Below are positions 63,340 to 64,000 of a stretch of DNA of 64,000 nucleotides, in pieces. Made by a program: the position numbers and the translations under genes. The notes below the pieces were generated by a model. The model did no database searches. It saw only the letters and a program-made list of their open reading frames with translations, and was not told the origin of the DNA. Origin of the DNA: Heptranchias perlo (taxonomy: Eukaryota); the NCBI RefSeq assembly GCF_035084215.1, contig NC_090367.1:3038001-3102000 (forward strand). Reading direction: 5' to 3'. The first letter of the stretch is position 1. Each line of letters begins with the position of its first letter.

Positions 63340-63392
63340 TCCTCTCCTTCTGCTTCTTCGTCTTCTTCGTCTTCTTCTTCTTCTTCTACTAA
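63340..63392 (+). repeat. Imperfect (CTT)n microsatellite
   Basis: cttctgcttcttcgtcttcttcgtcttcttcttcttcttcta. Confidence 0.85.
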
Positions 63393-64000
63393 TGTTGTCC
63401 TGGACTGTAGGCCTCGACTCTTCAGGCTGCTTGTTCAATTTAAAAAATGAAAGTGTAGAATTAGCCTGGGTTGGCTGCCCCTTCTATCCCAGAGCGAGGA
63501 GTTGCCGTGGTTACGCTCATTCACTTGCGCAGGATCCCAGGTGAGGAAGACCATTTGGCCCAGCTTAGCTCATCCATCCAGAAAGTACCTGCAGCCGTTC
63601 CCTAAATGGTAACGGGTAGAGGAACGTGACAGTCCTCTTTCAGAGAGCCGGCACAGCCATGACGAGCCGAATGGCCTCCTTCTGTGCTGTTAAAATTCTG
63701 AGATTTCAGGGTTTTCCCTCCACTCCCCCAACAGGAGTCCATTCAACTTGTTAATCGTTCTGTGGGTAAAGAACTTCCTCAGTCCAAAATTTGCCTTTTG
63801 CTAGTGTCGCCCTGTCTCCGCTTCTCCTACTGTCACTCGAGGTACCATTCCAGATTTACCTTTTCTGCATCTTTAACAATCTTACACCTATCATCTAAAA
63901 CAGATGACCTGGTCATTATCACATTGCTGTTTGTGGGACCTTGCTGTGCGCAAATTGGGCTGCTGCATTTCCTACATTACAACAGTGGCTACACTTCAAA

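Noticed and set aside
63272-63544. Leucine-rich ORF resembling a signal peptide
   Set aside because: Produced by a (CTT)n microsatellite in an RCE1 intron.

Overview
Vertebrate genomic DNA, most likely a shark or other cartilaginous fish judging by its CR1/L2 LINE, Deu-domain SINE and Harbinger repeat content. It is not prokaryotic, so most ORF-track entries are repeat-derived or spurious. Four genes can be reconstructed by hand. (1) The 5' part of an acylphosphatase gene on the minus strand: exon 1 at 8699-8759 and a 17-nt microexon at 1868-1884. (2) An intact GPR75-family orphan GPCR with a single coding exon (22985/23000-24601) and a probable non-coding first exon near 11.8-12.1 kb. (3) A complete 16-exon TOP6BL/C11orf80 (meiotic SPO11 partner, about 642 aa, 27916-46686) that the ORF track captures only as scattered fragments. 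(4) The first four exons of RCE1 (50949-62202). The most notable points: two consecutive non-canonical introns flank TOP6BL exon 9 (a minor-spliceosome GT-AT intron, then an apparent GA-AG intron); the ACYP-GPR75-TOP6BL-RCE1 gene order suggests retained genome-duplication paralogues of GPR75 and ACYP; RFX X-boxes sit at the GPR75-like and RCE1 5' ends; and there is a long inverted LINE pair in RCE1 intron 1. Protein identities come from my recollection of the human orthologues, not from a database search.
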